DNA from: Balanoglossus misakiensis
Lineage: Eukaryota; Animalia; Hemichordata
NCBI GenBank assembly: GCA_040954595.2
Contig: CM082589.2
Coordinates: 12,350,894 to 12,414,893, forward strand
DNA length: 64,000 nt
Reading direction: 5' to 3'
Both the position numbers and the translations under genes were made by a program. The number at the start of each line of letters is the position of its first letter. Position 1 is the first letter of the stretch. This document shows positions 59,301-64,000 of the stretch, in pieces. Below the pieces are notes generated by a model that made no database searches, was not told the DNA's origin, and saw only the letters and a program-made list of their open reading frames with translations.

Positions 59301-62300
59301 GTTTTAAATAAAAATGATCCGTAAAGCATTTTAAAGTTAAATACAAACTTATTTAGGCATAAAAAGCACCCTCAGATCATTATTTAACCCGTCTTTGAAA
59401 TTTGATATAAAACGCATTATTTTTCACTTAAAGGGTTTAATTCGGTATAAAATCGTTTTTATTCACATTGATTACTTCAAATGAGAATGTTTTAACAAGC
59501 GATTTTAACATGAATGCAACATGATTAAAGGCTTCAGAACACTTTAAAATCATTCTAAATCATATCTTTGAATATGCTACAAAACAATCATTAATTTTTT
59601 ATCATTTATATAAAGAAATTTTTAAGAATTATATATTACTGTATTAGCGCTTTAAATATGCGTGTATTTATGTATCGATTGTTTATTTAATCATATTTTT
59701 TTCAAAATATACAATGTGCATATAATATCATTTTATACCGTATTAAATAGTTTTTTTTGTCAAATGTTCTAACAGGGTTTACATGCCTAAATTAGTGTTT
59801 TGAAATGTTTCTTGTCTTATTAGATATAAAAAAGCAATATGGAACATATATCGTTTTTTATGTCGTATTGAAAAGTTTTATAAAGTGTTTAAAAGCCTTA
59901 AATCGAGAGAAAAATTTTAAAAGGAATTTAGAATGTTTATAATCCTAAATAAGGGTGTGTTTGAGTTAAATGTGCGATATGAAGTTTTTGGGCCCGAATA
60001 AAGGATGGTTTTTATGTTATGTTCAAAGAAAGGTTTTAGAATGATTTAACAGTTTTCCAAAGGCTTAAATAGGGGTGTAAATATATAGAAATTGCTTGTT
60101 AAATCATTTCCGTTAAACATACGCTTTAAGAATATGACATAGATTCTATAAGGTATCAAACATTTTTTGTGAAAAATTAAAGAGTGTTATAGAAATAAAA
60201 TTCAAAAAGGTTTTTAAAAATGATCCCACATTGTTTTTTAGCATGAATAAGTGGTTTTGAATTTAAAATGCTTATTGAATCGTTTTTATTTAATACATGC
60301 GATAAGAAACTAATAACGTTTTTGGTATCGTTTTGAGCAGTTTTCTTGCCAAATAATGTTTTTTTGTAATACATTCAAAAGAGACTTTAGAATGATAAGC
60401 AAAACATTTATATTGCTTATTAAGTCATTTTCATATTAAAAACTTAATTTTGGCTTATTTGATTTTTATTCAATACATATACAAGTGTTCTGAAGCCTTT
60501 AATCATGTTGCATTCATGTTGAAATCGCTTGTTAAAACATTTTCATTTGAAGTAAACAATGTGAATAAAAACGATTTTATACCGAATTAAACCCTTTAAG
60601 TGAAAAATAATGCGTTTCATATCAAATTTCAAAGACGTGTTAAATAATGATCTCAGGGTGCTTTTTATGCCTGAATAAGTTTGTATTTAACTTTAAAATG
60701 CTTTACGGATCATTTTTATTTAAAACCTGAAATATGGAACAAGCATTGTTTTAGTGTCGTTTTAAACAGTTTTTATTCCCAAATTATTAGTTTTTTTATC
60801 ATATATACAAAGAAAGGTTTAAGAATTATATGTTACTGTATTAGAGCTTTAAATATGCGTGCATTTATGTATCGATTGTTTATTTAATCATATTTTTTTC
60901 AAAATATACAATGTGCATATAACATCATTTTATACCGTATTAAATAGTTTTTTTTATCAAATGTTCTAATAGTATTTACATGCCTAAATTAGTGTTTTGA
61001 AATGTTTCTTGTCTTTTAAAATATAAAAAAGCAATATATAACATAAATCGTTTTTTATGTCGTAAAGCATTTTAAATCCGTAAAGCATTTTAAAGTTAAA
61101 TACAAACTTATTTAGGCATAAAAAGCACCCTGAGATCATTATTTAACCCGTCTTTGAAATTTAATATGAAACGCATTATTTTTCACTTAAAGGGTTTAAT
61201 TCGGTATTAAATCGTTTTTATTCACATTGTTTACTTCAAATGAAAATGTTTTAACAAGCGATTTCAACATGAATGCAACATGATTAAAGGCTTCAGAACA
61301 CTTTAAAATCATTCTAAATAATTTCTTTGAATTTGCTACAAAATTCATTAATTTGTGCACAAAAACTTTAAATACAATAATAAAACGATATTTGGTCCAT
61401 AACGCACTTTTAAATAAAATTATTAGATATTGATTTCAAATTCAAAAACACCCAATATTTTTAGGCTTGCGAATTATTTTCATCTGAAAATATAATTAAC
61501 TCCAAAAACTGATATAAAATAGATGTTTTTATTCGTATATGTATTGAATAAAAATCAAATAAGCCAAAATTAAGTTTTTAATATGAAAATGATTTAATAA
61601 GCAATATCAATGTTTTGCTTATCATTCTAAAGTCTCTTTTGAATGTATTACAAAAAAACATTATTTGGCAAGAAAACTGCTCAATACGATACTAAAAACG
61701 TTGTTAGTTTCATATCGCATGTATTAAATAAAAACGATTCAATAAGCATTTTAAATTCAAAACCACTTATTTAGGCTAAAAAACAATGAAGTATCATTAT
61801 TAAAAACCTTTTTGAAATTTTTTTCTCTAACACGCTTAAATTTCTCACAAAAAATGTTTAATACCTTATAAAATCAATGTCATATTCACAAAGCGTATTT
61901 TTAATGGTAATGATTTAGAAAGCAATTTCTATATAATTACACCCCTATTTAAGGTTTTGAAAAAGTGTTTAATCATTCTAAAACCTTTCTTTGAACACAA
62001 TACAAAACCATCCTTTATTAGGGCCCAAAAACTGTTCAAAACGATATTTTTTCCATATAACACGTTTTGAATAAAAATTAATAGATAGTGCTTTCTAACT
62101 CAAACACACCCTTATTTCGGCTTTTAAACATTCTAGATTCCTTTTAAAAATTTTCTGTCGATTTAAAGCTTTTTAATATCGTTTTAGTATTGTATTTAAA
62201 GTTTTTGTGCACAAATTAATGGTTATTTTGTAGCATATAAGAAATGATTTAGAATGATTTAAAAGTGTTCTGAAGCCTTTAATCATGTTGCATTCATAAT

Positions 62301-64000
62301 AAAATATCTTGTTAAAACATTTTCATTTGAAGTTAACAATGTGGATAAAAACGATTTTATACCGAATTAAACCCTTTAAGTGAAAAATAATGCGTTTCAT
62401 ATCTAATTTCAAAGACGGGTTAAATAATGATCTCAGGGTGATTTTTATGCCTAAATAAGTTTGTATTTAACTTTAAAATGCTTTACGTATCATTTTTATT
62501 TAAAACCTGAAATATGGAACAAGCATTGTTTTAGTGTCGTTTTAAACAGTTTTCATTCCCAAATAATTAGTTTTTTTATCATATATACAAAGAAAGGTTT
62601 AAGAATTATATATTACTGTATTAGAGCTTTAAATATGCGTGCATTTATGTATCGATTGTTTATTTAATCATATTTTTTTCAAAATATACAATGTGCATAT
62701 AACATCATTTTATACCGTATTAAATAGTTTTTTTTATCAAATGTTCTAACAGTATTTACATGCCTAAATTAGTGTTTTGAAATGTTTCTTGTCTTTTTAA
62801 ATATAAAAAAGCAATATATAACATAAATCGTTTTTTATGTCGTATTGAACAGTTTTCGTGCCAAAATATTGTTTAAGTAATACTTTCAATGAAAGTTTTT
62901 GAATGATTATAATGTGTCTAAAAGCCTTAAATCGAGAGAAAAATTTTAAAAGGAATTTAGAATGTTTCTAATCCTAAATAAGATTGTCTTTGAGTTAAAT
63001 GTGCGATATGAAGTGTTTGGGCCCGAATAAAGGATGGTTTTATGTTATGTTCAAAGAAAGGTTTTAGAATGATTTAACAGTTTTTCAAAGGCTTAAATAG
63101 GGATGTAAATATATAGAAATTGCTTGTTAAATCATTTCCGTAAAACATACGCTTTGTGAATATGACATTGATTTTTTAAGGTATTAAACATTTTTTGTGA
63201 AAAATTAAAGCGTGTTATAGAAAAAAATTTCAAAAAGGTTTTTAATAATGACCCCACATTGTTTTTAGCCTAAATAAGTGGTTTTGAATTTAAAATGCTT
63301 ATTGAATCGTATTCATTTAATACATGCGATATGAAACTAACAGCGTTTTTAGCGTCGTATTGAGCAGTTTTCTTGCCAAATAATGTATTTTTGTAATACA
63401 TTCAAAAGAGACTTTAGAATGATAAGCAAAACATTTATATTGGAAATGCTTATTAAATCATTTTCATATTAAAAACTTAATTTTGGCTTATTTGATTTTT
63501 ATTCAACACATATACGAATCAAAACATCTATTTTATATCAGTTTTTGGAGTTAATTATATTTTCAGATGAAAATAATTCGCAAGCCTAAAAATATTGGGT
63601 GTTTTTGAATTTGAAATCAGTACATAATATTGAAAAGTGCGTTATGGTCCAAATATCGTTTTAGTATTATATTTAAAGTTTTTGTGCACAAACTAATTAT
63701 TTGGGAATGAAAACTGTTTAAAAAACGATACTAAAACAATGCTTGTTCCATATTTCAGGTTTTAAAAAAAAATGATCCGTAAAGCATTTTAAAGTTAAAT
63801 ACAAACTTATTTAGGCATAAAAAGCACCCTGAGATCATTATTTAACCCGTCTCTGAAATTTAATATGAAACGCATTATTTTTCACTTAAAGGGTTTAATT
63901 CGGTATAAAATCGTTTTTATTCACATTGTTTACTTCAAATGAAAATGTTTTAACAAGCGATTTCAACATGAATGCAACATGATTAAAGGCTTCAGAACAC
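56400..64000. repeat. AT-rich tandem array (~1.43-kb unit with shorter internal subrepeats) containing inverted blocks
   Basis: 57601 and 59027 match (offset 1426). Recurrent motifs atgatttaacaagc and cttatttaggc. Reverse-complement blocks at ~59597-61063 and ~62175-63691. Confidence 0.9.

Overview
This is eukaryotic, intron-rich, AT-rich DNA, most likely from a marine invertebrate (inferred from the repeat families; the taxon cannot be fixed from sequence alone). It contains no intact protein-coding gene, RNA gene or CRISPR array. (1) 1-41,980 is a head-to-tail segmental duplication: the tail of unit U1 (1-3599), unit U2 (3600-23215) and unit U3 (23216-41622). Each unit carries a decayed gene built of phase-1, one-domain-per-exon EGF-like modules with an unusual 8-cysteine pattern. 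Five exons of a different Cys-rich repeat gene (GCC2/GCC3, ephrin-receptor-like type) are embedded in each unit. The units differ by many datable events: MITE insertions with target-site duplications and empty sites, complementary halves of an L2-type LINE, a Gypsy gag/PR remnant, microhomology deletions, and an inverted filler copied from the distal repeat. (2) 42,023-51,985 is a G-rich satellite of ~7-bp units (TCAAGGG/TCAAAGG/TTAGAG) with ~600-bp and ~3.8-3.9-kb higher-order periods. It is telomere-like and reads as a continuous array of nuclear-receptor DR1-type motifs. (3) ~52,450-56,360 is a C/A-rich ~570-bp tandem repeat of opposite strand bias. (4) ~56,400-64,000 is an AT-rich ~1.4-kb repeat array with inversions, including one with reciprocal breakpoints. 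The window looks like a euchromatin-to-heterochromatin (subtelomeric or pericentromeric) transition. Coordinates were read by eye and family assignments are inferences.
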